Shown here: piece after piece, positions 1 through 10,278 of the stretch
How positions within the stretch are numbered: the stretch's first letter is position 1
How the letters are laid out: every line of letters starts with the position of its first letter
Origin: a virus
Lineage: Duplodnaviria > Caudoviricetes
Virus record (IMG/VR): IMGVR_UViG_2588254079_000001
Location: 2,998-66,997 of that record
Reading direction: 5' to 3' (one strand)
Length of the DNA: 64,000 bases
Position numbers and translations under genes: made by a program
The notes under the pieces: model-generated
The model's database searches: none
Told to the model about the DNA's origin: nothing
What the model saw: the letters and a program-made list of their open reading frames with translations, nothing else

Positions 1-160
1 TAAACAAAAGGGGCTTTAACAACTCACTACGTGACTCACGTAAGATTTTTGCGGAAGATGGCTCCGTAACCCGGTCAAACGGCGCAACAGGCAGCCTTTC
101 AGCGGAAAACGATACGTCTTGTATGCCGTTTCGTTACCTTTGCGGCAAACTCTAAATGAC

Positions 161-460
161 ATGAATATGGAAATAGTATCTATCGAGAAAAAGACTTTCG
201 AGATGATGGTGGCGGCATTCGGCGCACTCTCGGAGAAGGTCGCCGCCCTGAGGCGCAAAAGCGACACGGGGCGCATGGAAAGATGGCTCACGGGCGAGGA
301 GGTCTGCGGGCAGTTGAGAATAAGCCCGCGCACGTTGCAGACGCTGCGTGACAGGCGGCTTATCGGCTACTCGCAGATAAACCGCAGGTTCTATTACAAG
401 CCAGAGGAGGTGAAGCGGCTGATACCGCTTGTCGGCACGCTCTATCCGCACGGCAGATGA
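161..460 (+). CDS. HTH_17/MerR-like excisionase-family DNA-binding protein
   Basis: WLTGEEVCGQLRISPRTLQTLRD...IGYSQINRRFYY motif; ATG at 161 preferred to the track start at 119. Confidence 0.85.
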   Translation: MNMEIVSIEKKTFEMMVAAFGALSEKVAALRRKSDTGRMERWLTGEEVCGQLRISPRTLQTLRDRRLIGYSQINRRFYYKPEEVKRLIPLVGTLYPHGR

Positions 461-491
461 TTTGATTTATTCACCCACTGAATCCGAAGTT

Positions 492-797
492 ATGATGAAC
501 GAGAACAACGATGTTTTTACGATGGAAGACGAGCCGATAGCCTCTGTGGTGCAGGATATGCGCAAAGGCTCGAAATGGCTGTCCGCATTTCTGGAAAGCT
601 ACCGTCCTCCGCTGGACGGGGAACGTTACCTGACGGACGGCGAGGTGTCGGAACTGCTCCGTGTGAGCCGGCGCACCTTGCAGGAATACCGCAACAACCG
701 CGTGTTGCCCTTCATACTTTTGGGAGGGAAGGTGCTTTACCCGGAAACGGGGCTGCGCGGGGTACTGGAAGCGAACTACCGCAAGCCGCTGGAGTGA
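492..797 (+). CDS. HTH_17 excisionase-family DNA-binding protein
   Basis: YLTDGEVSELLRVSRRTLQEYR...LPFILLGGKVLY motif; ATG at 492. Confidence 0.85.
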   Translation: MMNENNDVFTMEDEPIASVVQDMRKGSKWLSAFLESYRPPLDGERYLTDGEVSELLRVSRRTLQEYRNNRVLPFILLGGKVLYPETGLRGVLEANYRKPLE

Positions 798-812
798 GGC
801 GGTTTCATGAAA

Positions 813-854
813 AAGTAAACGGGTGACACCTTTTGTGGTGCTACCCGTTTACTT
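813..854. terminator. Probable bidirectional intrinsic terminator
   Basis: AAGTAAACGGGT...ACCCGTTTACTT inverted repeat between convergent genes. Confidence 0.7.
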
Positions 855-874
855 GTCTTATGGGGTATGTGCAA

Positions 875-1237
875 TCAGCAATACCCGGCTTTTCCGTTCT
901 GTATGAACATCACGTATGTCTGCCGTTTCTCTTGTGAGAGTGCCTTTCCCACCAGCCATGTGCGGAACAGGTGGGTGTTGTAGGTATTCACCCTGAAAGC
1001 GACCGGGATGATGATTTCAAGGGCGTACACGTCCGCGTGCAGCCCGTTTTCAAGCTGCATGTAGCGGCACACCTCGTAGTCGTTCAGCACGTCCGACTTG
1101 CGGACGGCTCTGATGGCGGCGTTCACTGCCGGGACGGTCGTATGGAACAATCCGGCTATTTCGGTGGCGGTCATCCACACGTCGTTACCGGTTACGCTGA
1201 CTGCCTTGTCCTCGATGATGATTGTGTCACGTTTCAT
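875..1237 (-). CDS. Small RhuM-N-like DNA-binding protein downstream of the integrase
   Basis: VWMTATEIAGLF...YALEIIIPVAFRVN...FRTW resembles the RhuM/virulence-family N-terminus; ATG 12 nt after the integrase stop. Confidence 0.65.
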   Translation of the reverse strand: MKRDTIIIEDKAVSVTGNDVWMTATEIAGLFHTTVPAVNAAIRAVRKSDVLNDYEVCRYMQLENGLHADVYALEIIIPVAFRVNTYNTHLFRTWLVGKALSQEKRQTYVMFIQNGKAGYC

Positions 1238-1248
1238 GGCTTTTCTTT

Positions 1249-2484
1249 TTAGATGGTGCAACCTGCAAATTCCTCGACGCCGTTCAATCTTGCGGCAAGG
1301 TTCTCCATGTCCTGATTGAGCTTCTCTTTGGTTATCTTTGCGTAAATCTGCGTCGTCTTTATGCTCTTGTGTCCGAGCATGGAGCTGACCGTTTCGATGG
1401 GAACACCGTTGGAGAGGAATATCGTCGTGGCTGCCGTGTGGCGGCTCTGATGCCACGTGATATGCTTGGTGATGCCGCAACGCTTGGCGACGGCACGGAT
1501 ACCGGCAAGGCACGTGTTATAATGCGGAACGGGAAATATCCTGCCGTCCCCGCACAGTCCCCGGTATTTGCCGATTATGCGGTTGGCGATGTCGAGCAGG
1601 CGGATGTTGGACACCACGCCCGTTTTCTGGCGGTTGATGTTTATCCACTCGTGTTCGTCGAAGTAGGTGCGGATATTCTCTTCCGTAAGGTTGCGCATAT
1701 CCGCGAACGACAGCCCCGTGAAGGCGCAGAACAGGTAGAGGTCGCGGTACAATTCCTGTTTGGCGTTTTTCAGTTTCCCCTCCATCAGCAGGCGGATCTC
1801 ATCTTTGGTCAGGAAACTGCGTGTTGTTTCCTCCTTCTTGATTTCATACTCGCGGAACGGGTCGCGCGTCAGCCACTCGTTGTTGATGGCGATGAATACC
1901 ATCGTCCGTAACGGGCAGACGTACAGCCACACGGTATTGGTGCAGCAGTGCTTGTCCGTGCGCAGGAACATCTCGAAGTCGGAGATGAAAGCCGGGGTAA
2001 GCTCTTTTAGGGCGATGTCCTTCACATGGTAGCGGATGTCGAGGAACTCTTGCATGTGCTTGTAAACGGTGCGGTACTTCAGCAGCGTGCCTTTGGCTTT
2101 CATGCCTGCCTCCACCTGCTTCTCGTAGTCCTCGTTGTGCTGGCGGAACACCTGCATCAGCGTGTGGTAGCGGTGTTCCAGTCCGAGAAAGGCGTTCTTC
2201 ACCTTCTCCGCCGTGACGAAGTTGTCACGCTCCATGATTTCCTGATAATGCCTGTTGATGCGTACCCGCATCTTGTCAAGCATACGGTTCGTTTCGAGTG
2301 CCGCCGTGCTTCTGCCCGTGACACGTCCACCTTTGGTGTCCCACAGTTTCGGATCGACAGTCAGTTTGCAGCTGAACTGTGTCTGGCTGCCGTCCACCGT
2401 GATGCGTCCCATGACGGGAACTGTCCCGTCCTTTTTCACTACCTGACGCTTGAGGTAGTAGATTACTGAAAATGTACTCTTCAT
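1249..2484 (-). CDS. intDOT: Tyrosine integrase, IntDOT-like (411 aa)
   Basis: Arm-binding N-terminus MKSTFSVIYYLKR; TGLSFAD has Ser in place of the first catalytic Arg, as in IntDOT; HQSRH, LGH and TTQIY boxes present. Confidence 0.88.
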   Translation of the reverse strand: MKSTFSVIYYLKRQVVKKDGTVPVMGRITVDGSQTQFSCKLTVDPKLWDTKGGRVTGRSTAALETNRMLDKMRVRINRHYQEIMERDNFVTAEKVKNAFLGLEHRYHTLMQVFRQHNEDYEKQVEAGMKAKGTLLKYRTVYKHMQEFLDIRYHVKDIALKELTPAFISDFEMFLRTDKHCCTNTVWLYVCPLRTMVFIAINNEWLTRDPFREYEIKKEETTRSFLTKDEIRLLMEGKLKNAKQELYRDLYLFCAFTGLSFADMRNLTEENIRTYFDEHEWININRQKTGVVSNIRLLDIANRIIGKYRGLCGDGRIFPVPHYNTCLAGIRAVAKRCGITKHITWHQSRHTAATTIFLSNGVPIETVSSMLGHKSIKTTQIYAKITKEKLNQDMENLAARLNGVEEFAGCTI

Positions 2485-2803
2485 TGTCCTTAATTTTTGG
2501 GTTTCAAAATTAGTTGGTGAAGAGTCCGGTGTTGGTACGCAAAACGGGGAGGAACGGCGCAATCTTTTTCCGTAACCTGATTTTTCGCATGAGTTATGGA
2601 TAACTCACTATTCCTTAGAGCCTTGTTTCGCTATTCGTACCCGTTTGTCGCATTTTCGGGCATGGTTACGAACAAGTAACGTAGCGGCGTCAGGATTTGG
2701 CTTCGGCAGGGATTGTAATGGCTTCACGGATTATCGCCACTTCAACCAAAACCCTTGTAACTCAATTCTATCACTATATCTTTCCGCATTTCACTTTTTT
2801 GTA

Positions 2804-2823
2804 GTAACTTTGCTGAATAAATC
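2804..2823 (+). other. att junction core of the CTnDOT-like element
   Basis: GTAACTTT-GCTGAAT-AAA matches the GTANNTTT core, 7-bp overlap beginning GC, then AAA; lies 320 bp upstream of the integrase. Confidence 0.75.
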
Positions 2824-3034
2824 TCTCAGATAAGAACTGCCGATGTGCGATATAAAGAATATCCGGATTGGAAGAATATAAAAGACTGGAGAAGCACTCT
2901 GAGACTGTATAAAAGGACTGAAGGCGACAAAGTCTCCCCAATCTGCATGGCAAATCAGAGAAGCTTATCGGATAATGATAGTTCGCTGCACGCTGTCAGC
3001 ATACCGTCATTTCGTTTTCTGCATCGGATTAGTC

Positions 3035-3391
3035 TTAGCCTGCGGCATATTCATAGATGTTACAGAAAGAATTGTCGTTTTCATCTTTCCGTTGTTCGGC
3101 AATAGCAAGAATTTCTGTTATTGATTCGACAGACTGACCGCTTATCACCTCAAACCACTTGAATACTTCTGTCTGGTTGACAAAATATTCCTTGTACCAT
3201 TTGTCGTCTGGAGTACATAGGTCTGCAATGTACTTGTCGGGAAAGTATTTACCCTCTTGGTCATTTGTCCAGTACTCCGCCAGACCCGACTCTTCCGATT
3301 GATAGAAATAACATAGTGTTGGGAATTTCTCACATACCAGTTCAAGTGTTTCATCACACGGAAACCAAGCTGTTTCCGTTGTGAATTTCAA
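3035..3391 (-). pseudogene. Probably 5'-truncated DUF1281/Api92-like gene
   Basis: Begins at FTTETAW, similar to the internal FDTAW of 12578..13258; no ATG; upstream sequence looks intergenic. Confidence 0.45.
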
Positions 3392-3566
3392 GAATGTCAG
3401 GCCAATAAATGTGTTATACTGTTTAGAAACGGAGTACGACGAGTAAAAAAGGAATAGGACCGGTTGTGGGAGTTCGGTGGAGCATGGCTATAAGAGTAAT
3501 CGGGCTGAATATACAATACAAGGAAATGCTATCCACCCGCTTTGGCTACAGGTGGATATGTTATTG

Positions 3567-4037
3567 TCATTCCGCACCTCTCATGATGGTGAGTTGGTCG
3601 GGACGGTTAGGAAACCAATAAGAATCACTGTCAATATATACACATCTGCCACTATTACAGAGATTCCCAAAAGCTAAGACCTCACAAGGTCCAAATATCA
3701 CTCCATAATCGTTTGTAAACGCCACCATATCTCCCACACTCAAGTCGTTTTCCGTATCCATCACCTTGGAAAGGTGGTCGTAAAACTCAATACCTTCAGC
3801 TTCACGTTCTGTTTTCCAACGCAAAAAGTCTTCTTTATGACTTCTACCGGTATGTATCGGTGATAATTCAGAAGGAAAAACCTCCGCTTCCGAAGTATCA
3901 GATGCAATCAAAATAACGCTATCCTCTTCAATGTTTTCCGGAATAGAAGCCACTTGGTAAACCCCATTAGACAGACCACTATCTGGGTCATGCCAATAAA
4001 GAAGATTACCCAACTTGATAAAATCGTATTTTCCCAT
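3567..4037 (-). CDS. Hypothetical acidic leading-region protein
   Basis: 156-aa ORF with AT-rich leader, preceded by a fold-back element. Confidence 0.75.
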   Translation of the reverse strand: MGKYDFIKLGNLLYWHDPDSGLSNGVYQVASIPENIEEDSVILIASDTSEAEVFPSELSPIHTGRSHKEDFLRWKTEREAEGIEFYDHLSKVMDTENDLSVGDMVAFTNDYGVIFGPCEVLAFGNLCNSGRCVYIDSDSYWFPNRPDQLTIMRGAE

Positions 4038-4051
4038 ATTCTTTGATTTAT

Positions 4052-4378
4052 TATTTCCCTTTGCTTGAAGCTCTTTCGGCTTCTTGCCGGGGATTGATTT
4101 TTATGCAGGATTAACAGTGGAATAAGGGCGATAAGACAAGTAAACAGTAAATGGAATGGAACGGAATACCCAACCTTCGAATGTAAGAGCAGAAGCATGC
4201 TTGTCCTTTTATACCTTGCAATGAGAAGGGGACTGAAAGTCAATCTTTGATTTGAGGAAGGCTGCCGTAAAATATCCAGGAACCGTTAGCATAGCGGTGC
4301 TTGACAATCGTCCGGACACTGTACCTTTGCATATAAAATCTCTTCGGCCAGATTTGCCGATGGTGCGATAAGGGAATA
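4052..4378. promoter_or_regulatory. Fold-back element H1, putative ssDNA promoter
   Basis: TATTTCCCTT/AAGGGAATA and GATTTTTATGC/GCATATAAAATC arms; TACCTTTG at 4322-4329 on + with CTTG 18 nt upstream. Confidence 0.65.
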
Positions 4379-4506
4379 CTCAGAATGGAAAAACATAAAA
4401 AGGGGTATCATATTATAGGCGAAATATATAACAGAGCTAATATAAGTCCTAAAAAAATATTTTTGCTATCTTTGCCAGAGTATTATATAATATTAAGAAC
4501 ATAACA

Positions 4507-4680
4507 ATGGAAAAAACATTTACACAAATCTGTGAATTGTTCGATCAATTCTCAAAAGATGCCAACCTCCAGATGGAGAAAAGCAACAAAGCTGCCGGAA
4601 CTCGTGCCCGCAAAGTATCACTTGAACTTGAAAAACTTCTCAAACAGTTCAGAAAAGAGTCACTCGAAGCATCGAAATAA
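4507..4680 (+). CDS. Histone H1-like (Hc1-family) small basic protein, 57 aa, not in the ORF track
   Basis: MEKTFTQICELFDQFSKDANLQMEKSNKAAGTRARKVSLELEKLLKQFRKESLEASK; NKAAGTRARK signature; TATCTTTG upstream. Confidence 0.85.
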   Translation: MEKTFTQICELFDQFSKDANLQMEKSNKAAGTRARKVSLELEKLLKQFRKESLEASK

Positions 4681-4738
4681 TTTTCATTCTGGTTCTGACA
4701 GTAGGAAAATGGCGAACTTCACGTGTACCATATCGAAA

Positions 4739-4768
4739 AAGCCTCTTCGCTTCACAGCGGAGAGGCTT
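4739..4768. terminator. Probable bidirectional terminator
   Basis: AAGCCTCTTCGCT...AGCGGAGAGGCTT stem between convergent genes. Confidence 0.65.
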
Positions 4769-4809
4769 CATTGATTATGACAAAGTTAAACATCAATTAT
4801 GCGAAATTT

Positions 4810-6252
4810 CTATTTCGCTTTTGGAAAAAACAACTCCACTTTCGTATGTCTGTTGGCTTCCACGGGCGTATAGTCGGCAATTCCACCTTTGCTAACTCTG
4901 ATAATCCGCTTGGCTGGTATTCCACGTTGTTCCAGTTCTGCGGTAATAAAACCTGCTCTCGATATACTCAAAGAATCATTGATACTTGATGTTCCTGTAG
5001 AACTGTCAGCAGCACCAGTTACCCTCACGGATAAACTGTATTTCTTAGCTACACGAGCCAGTTCGTCAAGATTAAGCCTCTGTGAGGTATCCGTCAGATG
5101 TGTCGTATTGAGAGCAAAAAAGAAATAGATGGGTGTACCGATGCACTCTCCATCAGCGTATGAAAGAACCGTGGAATCCATAGCGAGGGTGTCCTGATGG
5201 GCGGACTGCACATTTCGGGAAGCCGTGTAATTATATGATGGCTTTCCATTCTCTGTCTGAAGAATAGTCGTGTCAAGAGGTGACGACCCGTCCCAATAGC
5301 TATGCTTCAATCTTGCACGAAGCGAGTTCAAACCGCTATAATTATTTATAGGATATCTGCATCCGGTTATATCGTCGTTGTCAAAGATATGGCTATATGT
5401 ATCGAGTAGTCCTTCGATTTCCAGAATTTTCTTTAATTCCACGAGCGTTCGCTTATCTTGATTGTGACGTCCCACATAACGCCTGTTCTCCTCCGAAAGG
5501 AAGTTGCCATAATCGACAAGCAGTTCGTTCCGATGGATGTATGGTGCCGTATCCACTGCGCGCTTCCAGCCGACCTTACCGAGATGAAAGGTGAATCCGG
5601 CAGTCAGCGAAAGCATGTGATCGCCCAGACGGTTTGGATAGCCATATCCGTCGAAATCCTGGAATGTAGTTGTGTTAGAGAGTTCCAGCATAGCACTAAC
5701 CCGTTTGGAAATACGGTATTGTGTTAGTATGCCGTAAGAAAGCGCAAAGGGATTGTTCCCGTTGGTGGCGTTATGTAGCAGACCGACACCCATAAAGGGT
5801 GCAAGCCTCCAACGTACCTGTTCCTGTCGGGCATATCTGCGTCCAAGGAGATTCCACAGGAGATCTGCATGGATATAATGGTAGTCCTGCGTAGATAATT
5901 GTGCATCCTTAAACTGCAAGCCACTATAATTTACCCTTGCGCCGACCAAAGGAGTAAACCATTTGCCGACGGCGAGGCTGTACGAAGGTTTCACTCGTCC
6001 AAAAAGGTCTTCACAACCGAGAGGTGTACCAAGAAAAACTGTCGCACCTCCGGATATGCTAACAAACCAGTTGCCGGTTCGAGATGCCGGAAGTAGCACC
6101 CCGTTGAGATAGACGGGCTGCATCGGTTGAAGCAATTCCGCTACTTCATAATGAATAGTGTGTCGTACAGTGTCCTTCTGTACGGGTTGTACACTTGCTT
6201 GTGCCTGCAACGTGCAGAGCAAAGCGAAGATGAAAATAATTTGTTTCGTCAT
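4810..6252 (-). CDS. OmpA-family outer membrane protein
   Basis: Signal peptide, beta-barrel-like N-terminal part (GKWFTP), and C-terminal GAADSSTG...NDSLSISRA...NR OmpA-like domain. Confidence 0.85.
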   Translation of the reverse strand: MTKQIIFIFALLCTLQAQASVQPVQKDTVRHTIHYEVAELLQPMQPVYLNGVLLPASRTGNWFVSISGGATVFLGTPLGCEDLFGRVKPSYSLAVGKWFTPLVGARVNYSGLQFKDAQLSTQDYHYIHADLLWNLLGRRYARQEQVRWRLAPFMGVGLLHNATNGNNPFALSYGILTQYRISKRVSAMLELSNTTTFQDFDGYGYPNRLGDHMLSLTAGFTFHLGKVGWKRAVDTAPYIHRNELLVDYGNFLSEENRRYVGRHNQDKRTLVELKKILEIEGLLDTYSHIFDNDDITGCRYPINNYSGLNSLRARLKHSYWDGSSPLDTTILQTENGKPSYNYTASRNVQSAHQDTLAMDSTVLSYADGECIGTPIYFFFALNTTHLTDTSQRLNLDELARVAKKYSLSVRVTGAADSSTGTSSINDSLSISRAGFITAELEQRGIPAKRIIRVSKGGIADYTPVEANRHTKVELFFPKAK

Positions 6253-6305
6253 ATTCCAATGATTTCATTAGTTATACTTTTAATCTGGTGTAAAGCGTAT
6301 GCCAT

Positions 6306-7763
6306 TTACCGTTTAGATTTCTTGCCGATAGTCGAGCGCATCATGCGGCTCGCCATCCTCATACAGCGAAGTGCCCATGCTCGATTGTCCTCGTCCTCGT
6401 CGCGTCCCCATTTGAGGTCACTCCCTCCGCCTCCACCACCATGTGATTCGGCAAATGTAGTGGCATCATCTACCATTCCGAGAAATAGCATTGTCGCACA
6501 GTGCATGATTTCCGTACCCCGCTCGGCGATAGACTGTACCAGTGAACCGTCAAAGAGCTGCCGTTCTGAAACATTCATTTGTGCCGATGCGTTACGATAC
6601 TCGCTGATTACACTCTCCAGTAGGACGTCTTTAAACAAGCTATCCACTTTGGAGTGTACATCACGGGAATATTGATAGGCCTCCTCTTTGAGTTCTTCGG
6701 TACGTTCTTCAATGGCTCCCATATCCTTTTTCAGTTCGATGAGTTGCCGGTCAGCCGTCTGCAACTTTTCCTGCTTGTCTGCCAGTTGTCTGATGATTCC
6801 TTGCAGCTCTTTTTCCAACATTTGTATTTGGATTGCCAATTCTGCCGCATTGCCTTTGTTTTCTTTTAAATTGTACTCGGCTGCCGATAACAAGGTTTCT
6901 TTTTCAGTTTTCTGCTTTTCAAGATTGCTAATCATTGTCGTAAGCCCTTTGACTCTGCGTTCTGCCAACCGGATGTCTGATTGAAGTTCACCCAATACCT
7001 GTTGATGGAGTTTGATATTATCCTCGATTGTTGTACACTCTTCAGACAACATTCGGCGGTATTCCTCAGTCGTTCTGTGCCGTGCACCCGTTTCGGATAT
7101 GCTTGTTCCTCTTGACATTCCCCACTTTGTATTGACTTCTGCGAAAAAGTCCGTATGAAGTTGTTTCATTCTTGCACTATATTCAAACTTATCCTTACCG
7201 GCGAAGATTTCCTTGTACGCAAAGCGACTATCCTTGATTGGCAGAAGCGTACAGTGGATATGCGGGTTCAATTCATCCAGATGTACAATGAATGCAGCGA
7301 TGTTCTGCTCACCATATCTGCCACAAACGAATGAATAAACATCCTTGGCCCAGCGTTCAATGTCACGCTTCCGTTCGATGCGGGTATTGTCCGCACCTTT
7401 TTCAAAGTCCACCTGTTGCGTACCGAAAGCAAGTTCCTGCATTCGCTGCCGTGAACCGCCGAAGATGATATTTACCACCGTGCGGTATTTTGGTTCGAGC
7501 AGCCCCTCATTAGGATCTTTGATTCCACGGTGACTCAATATGTCCGCCATCCGTTTGGGAATGCTACGGCTTGTGTCGATGGGATGTATTTTACCTCCGG
7601 GCGCAATCTCGAAGTTCAGCCGTTTACGCGTAGGATCATAATTTCCCTTACTCATAGCGTACTTCTCTGCCTTTTCACTACGGTCACGCAGATGTTCATT
7701 ACTTTGGGCGGTGGTAATCCCTTTCGACACCTGCACGTCGAGTACCTGTTTTTGATTTGCCAT
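6306..7763 (-). CDS. mobV: MobV (Mob/Pre) family relaxase
   Basis: EHLR, NFE and VHLDELNPHIH motifs with a long coiled-coil C-terminus; start at MANQKQ (7763). Confidence 0.88.
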   Translation of the reverse strand: MANQKQVLDVQVSKGITTAQSNEHLRDRSEKAEKYAMSKGNYDPTRKRLNFEIAPGGKIHPIDTSRSIPKRMADILSHRGIKDPNEGLLEPKYRTVVNIIFGGSRQRMQELAFGTQQVDFEKGADNTRIERKRDIERWAKDVYSFVCGRYGEQNIAAFIVHLDELNPHIHCTLLPIKDSRFAYKEIFAGKDKFEYSARMKQLHTDFFAEVNTKWGMSRGTSISETGARHRTTEEYRRMLSEECTTIEDNIKLHQQVLGELQSDIRLAERRVKGLTTMISNLEKQKTEKETLLSAAEYNLKENKGNAAELAIQIQMLEKELQGIIRQLADKQEKLQTADRQLIELKKDMGAIEERTEELKEEAYQYSRDVHSKVDSLFKDVLLESVISEYRNASAQMNVSERQLFDGSLVQSIAERGTEIMHCATMLFLGMVDDATTFAESHGGGGGGSDLKWGRDEDEDNRAWALRCMRMASRMMRSTIGKKSKR

Positions 7764-7969
7764 ACGTTTTTCATATTGTTTCGGACAATCTACCGTGTCC
7801 CAGCTTGCTGCTTGTTCGGACACCCTTCCCACCAACGTCAGGCAGGTGGGGTATTAGGCTCCCCCTTCCCTTTGTTCGTGGCAGGCGGGCAAGCCCGGAT
7901 GCCTTCTATAACTGGCAGGGGGGCTTCACTGGATACAAAAGTGGATTGTTGCGGTTATACATTCTGTTT

Positions 7970-8836
7970 TCAACCTCCAATCTGATACGTTGCCTCCTGT
8001 GCCTTTGCCGCAAATGCCAGAAAAGGCTTAAAAAGCGTTTTAAGGAACTCCCTGTCATCTTCATCATAATCGGAATTTTCATCCCTATCTACATCAAGAA
8101 TAAGCCCGGCAATACCTTTCGAAGTTGCAATAAGTCCTGTCCAGTCTCCATACAATTCCAATCGGAAGTAGTCCATAAACTCTGCACTGTCATCGAATCT
8201 CGACTTACGCAGTGCCCGTTGTATAGCGGCAAATGTAATGCACTCCAAAGCTACCATACGAATCTTGACAGCTCGTTCATCATCATCCGCTGCCGGATTG
8301 ATGCGAGTGATACTGTCCGGAGATGGGCAGCTATCGCATATGCCAGCTTCATCCATTGCCCGACGAACAAGTTGCTCACACTTGATTCCGATCTCGTCAA
8401 GGGACACTTTGCCGATTATCCAATCGGACAATGCCTCACGTAGCTGTTCTGCAAGGTTCAACTTCTTCTGTCCATTGCAAGACTCCGTGGATTGGCTGGT
8501 TTGCACAGTCATGGTAATGATGACGCTTTTGGAAAGCCGGATGCGATTCAACAAGCCGAACTCTTCCATTACATCCAAAAAAGAACGGACAGTAGCCCTA
8601 TGCCAATGCCATTCCGATGAAAGGTCAGAAACAGTCACGTGGCACTGGTTGGGTTGAAGTTCGTAGCCTTTGTTCCTTAAAAAAGGGGAAACAAAACCTG
8701 CCAAAGATTTATCCAATAAATCACAGAAGGCTTCTATCTTTGTTTTTCGTTCACCGACTTTCTCCTTGAGGTAGTCAAATACTTCTCTGTCTGCCAATAT
8801 AGGGACAGCTATTTTCTGCTTGGTTTTCATTTTCAT
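7970..8836 (-). CDS. Hypothetical protein with probable N-terminal winged-HTH
   Basis: TVSDLSSEWHWHRATVRSFLDVMEEFGLL resembles a wHTH; lies upstream of mobV. Confidence 0.6.
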   Translation of the reverse strand: MKMKTKQKIAVPILADREVFDYLKEKVGERKTKIEAFCDLLDKSLAGFVSPFLRNKGYELQPNQCHVTVSDLSSEWHWHRATVRSFLDVMEEFGLLNRIRLSKSVIITMTVQTSQSTESCNGQKKLNLAEQLREALSDWIIGKVSLDEIGIKCEQLVRRAMDEAGICDSCPSPDSITRINPAADDDERAVKIRMVALECITFAAIQRALRKSRFDDSAEFMDYFRLELYGDWTGLIATSKGIAGLILDVDRDENSDYDEDDREFLKTLFKPFLAFAAKAQEATYQIGG

Positions 8837-8854
8837 TTCATTTTTTAATTATTA

Positions 8855-9412
8855 CTATTGTGCGGATATATCAGTGTTGCCGCTATCCGCATCTTGCGGC
8901 AATATCGCGTGATGATGGTCATAATAACTTTCGGCTAATAGTCTGGGGAATTTCATCCATTCAGAGATTATGCCTATGTCCTGAAATTCGGTCATAACCC
9001 GAACAGAGGGATAGAACAGGGCAGCCAAAAGAAGATAGGCGGCAGTTACCGCCGTTGTGTACAAGTGTGGAACAAAACTGATGGCCAAAGCCACCAATGA
9101 GAGTATGACAAACATACATGGTCGGTCACATAAACCTCTTAACAATCTGTCCGCTCTCCTAAATGAATATATAGTGGCACAGATAGCAGTTGAAAGAAAA
9201 ACACCGAACTCGCCAACATGTCCGCTGATGTAAACATAGTGGAAGAGCAATAGCAGAATCAATACGACCTGTACATATAGTTTACGAGCCTTTACACTGT
9301 GTATCATAGCATCGTAGAACCTTACCATAAAAGAACGGTGGCTTTTGTACAATGCTAATGGCAATACGAAAAGCGTTATACAGAAGATAAGTTGTAGTAT
9401 ATTCCAAATCAT
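8855..9412 (-). CDS. Hypothetical membrane protein
   Basis: About five hydrophobic segments; overlaps the upstream stop by 4 nt. Confidence 0.75.
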   Translation of the reverse strand: MIWNILQLIFCITLFVLPLALYKSHRSFMVRFYDAMIHSVKARKLYVQVVLILLLLFHYVYISGHVGEFGVFLSTAICATIYSFRRADRLLRGLCDRPCMFVILSLVALAISFVPHLYTTAVTAAYLLLAALFYPSVRVMTEFQDIGIISEWMKFPRLLAESYYDHHHAILPQDADSGNTDISAQ

Positions 9413-9804
9413 AAATAATAGGGTTTCTCGCGTATTTGAATGGGGGATATCATCAACTCTAATTGGACAATATTGTGGGTGGCCAATAGGATGATAACTT
9501 CGGCGTCCCTCGGTGAAAGGTATATCGCTGCTTTCTTAATACGTTGCTTGAACGTATGCTCCTGCTTACGGTAGGCTGCCAATGCCTTATCCAGTTTATG
9601 TTCCGGAATTGTCCATGTCATGCCTTTGGCGTATGAGCCTTTGTCTTTGTAAGCCCGCAGTACCAACGTGCGGGAAACAATGTAATTGATATATCCGTTT
9701 CTTGACAAAGCATACTCCTTATAGAAATTGTCATCAACAACCTCTATCCATGTCCGGTATTCCCTAATCCAATAAACCATTTGTCGGTATAGTGTGTCCC
9801 GCAT
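9409..9804 (-). CDS. Hypothetical protein
   Basis: 131-aa ORF in a tightly packed operon. Confidence 0.7.
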   Translation of the reverse strand: MRDTLYRQMVYWIREYRTWIEVVDDNFYKEYALSRNGYINYIVSRTLVLRAYKDKGSYAKGMTWTIPEHKLDKALAAYRKQEHTFKQRIKKAAIYLSPRDAEVIILLATHNIVQLELMISPIQIREKPYYL

Positions 9805-9814
9805 AACATGACCA

Positions 9815-10267
9815 TTAAAGGAAATCCATCAAGAGATCGTCTTTGTTCTTCTTATACTTGAATGTGCCACTTTTGGAATGAAGATCCAAATCAAGGCACA
9901 GCTCGCCGTACATCTGCTCAAGAGAATCATAGATGGTGACAAGAATGCTATTTACCTTACCGTCTGCATCTGTCTTGCAATTCATCTTGAACATCTGTCC
10001 AAATGCCGGGTTGGAGTATGCACAGGTGCTATGCCCGAATTTGTCAGCGTGCGTGGGGATGTGGTGGTAGAGAGTTATAAGCTCCATATCGTCCTCAAAC
10101 AGATCCATCACTTCCTCCAAATCGTAAGGGTCGCGTAGCGGGAAGGTCAGTAGAGCGTAGTCACCGTAGAATTGTGCTTCCTCCATTGTCGTCACATCGA
10201 GTAGTTGCGGTAGTTGCAGAGGGACAAATGTCATAAAGTCATTGAAAAAATGTCGTAACATATTCAT
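9815..10267 (-). CDS. Hypothetical acidic protein
   Basis: 150-aa ORF in the same operon. Confidence 0.7.
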   Translation of the reverse strand: MNMLRHFFNDFMTFVPLQLPQLLDVTTMEEAQFYGDYALLTFPLRDPYDLEEVMDLFEDDMELITLYHHIPTHADKFGHSTCAYSNPAFGQMFKMNCKTDADGKVNSILVTIYDSLEQMYGELCLDLDLHSKSGTFKYKKNKDDLLMDFL

Positions 10268-10278
10268 TTTTTATATTG

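Larger units (their letters stand above)
1..2820. mobile_element. Terminal part of a CTnDOT-family conjugative transposon (continues left of the window)
   Basis: GC-rich segment with an IntDOT-like integrase and two HTH excisionase-like genes. It ends at a GTANNTTTGC core site, after which composition turns AT-richer. Confidence 0.85.

Noticed and set aside
875-1513. 212-aa version of the RhuM-like ORF
   Set aside because: The extension overlaps the integrase out of frame; ATG 1237 fits operon spacing.
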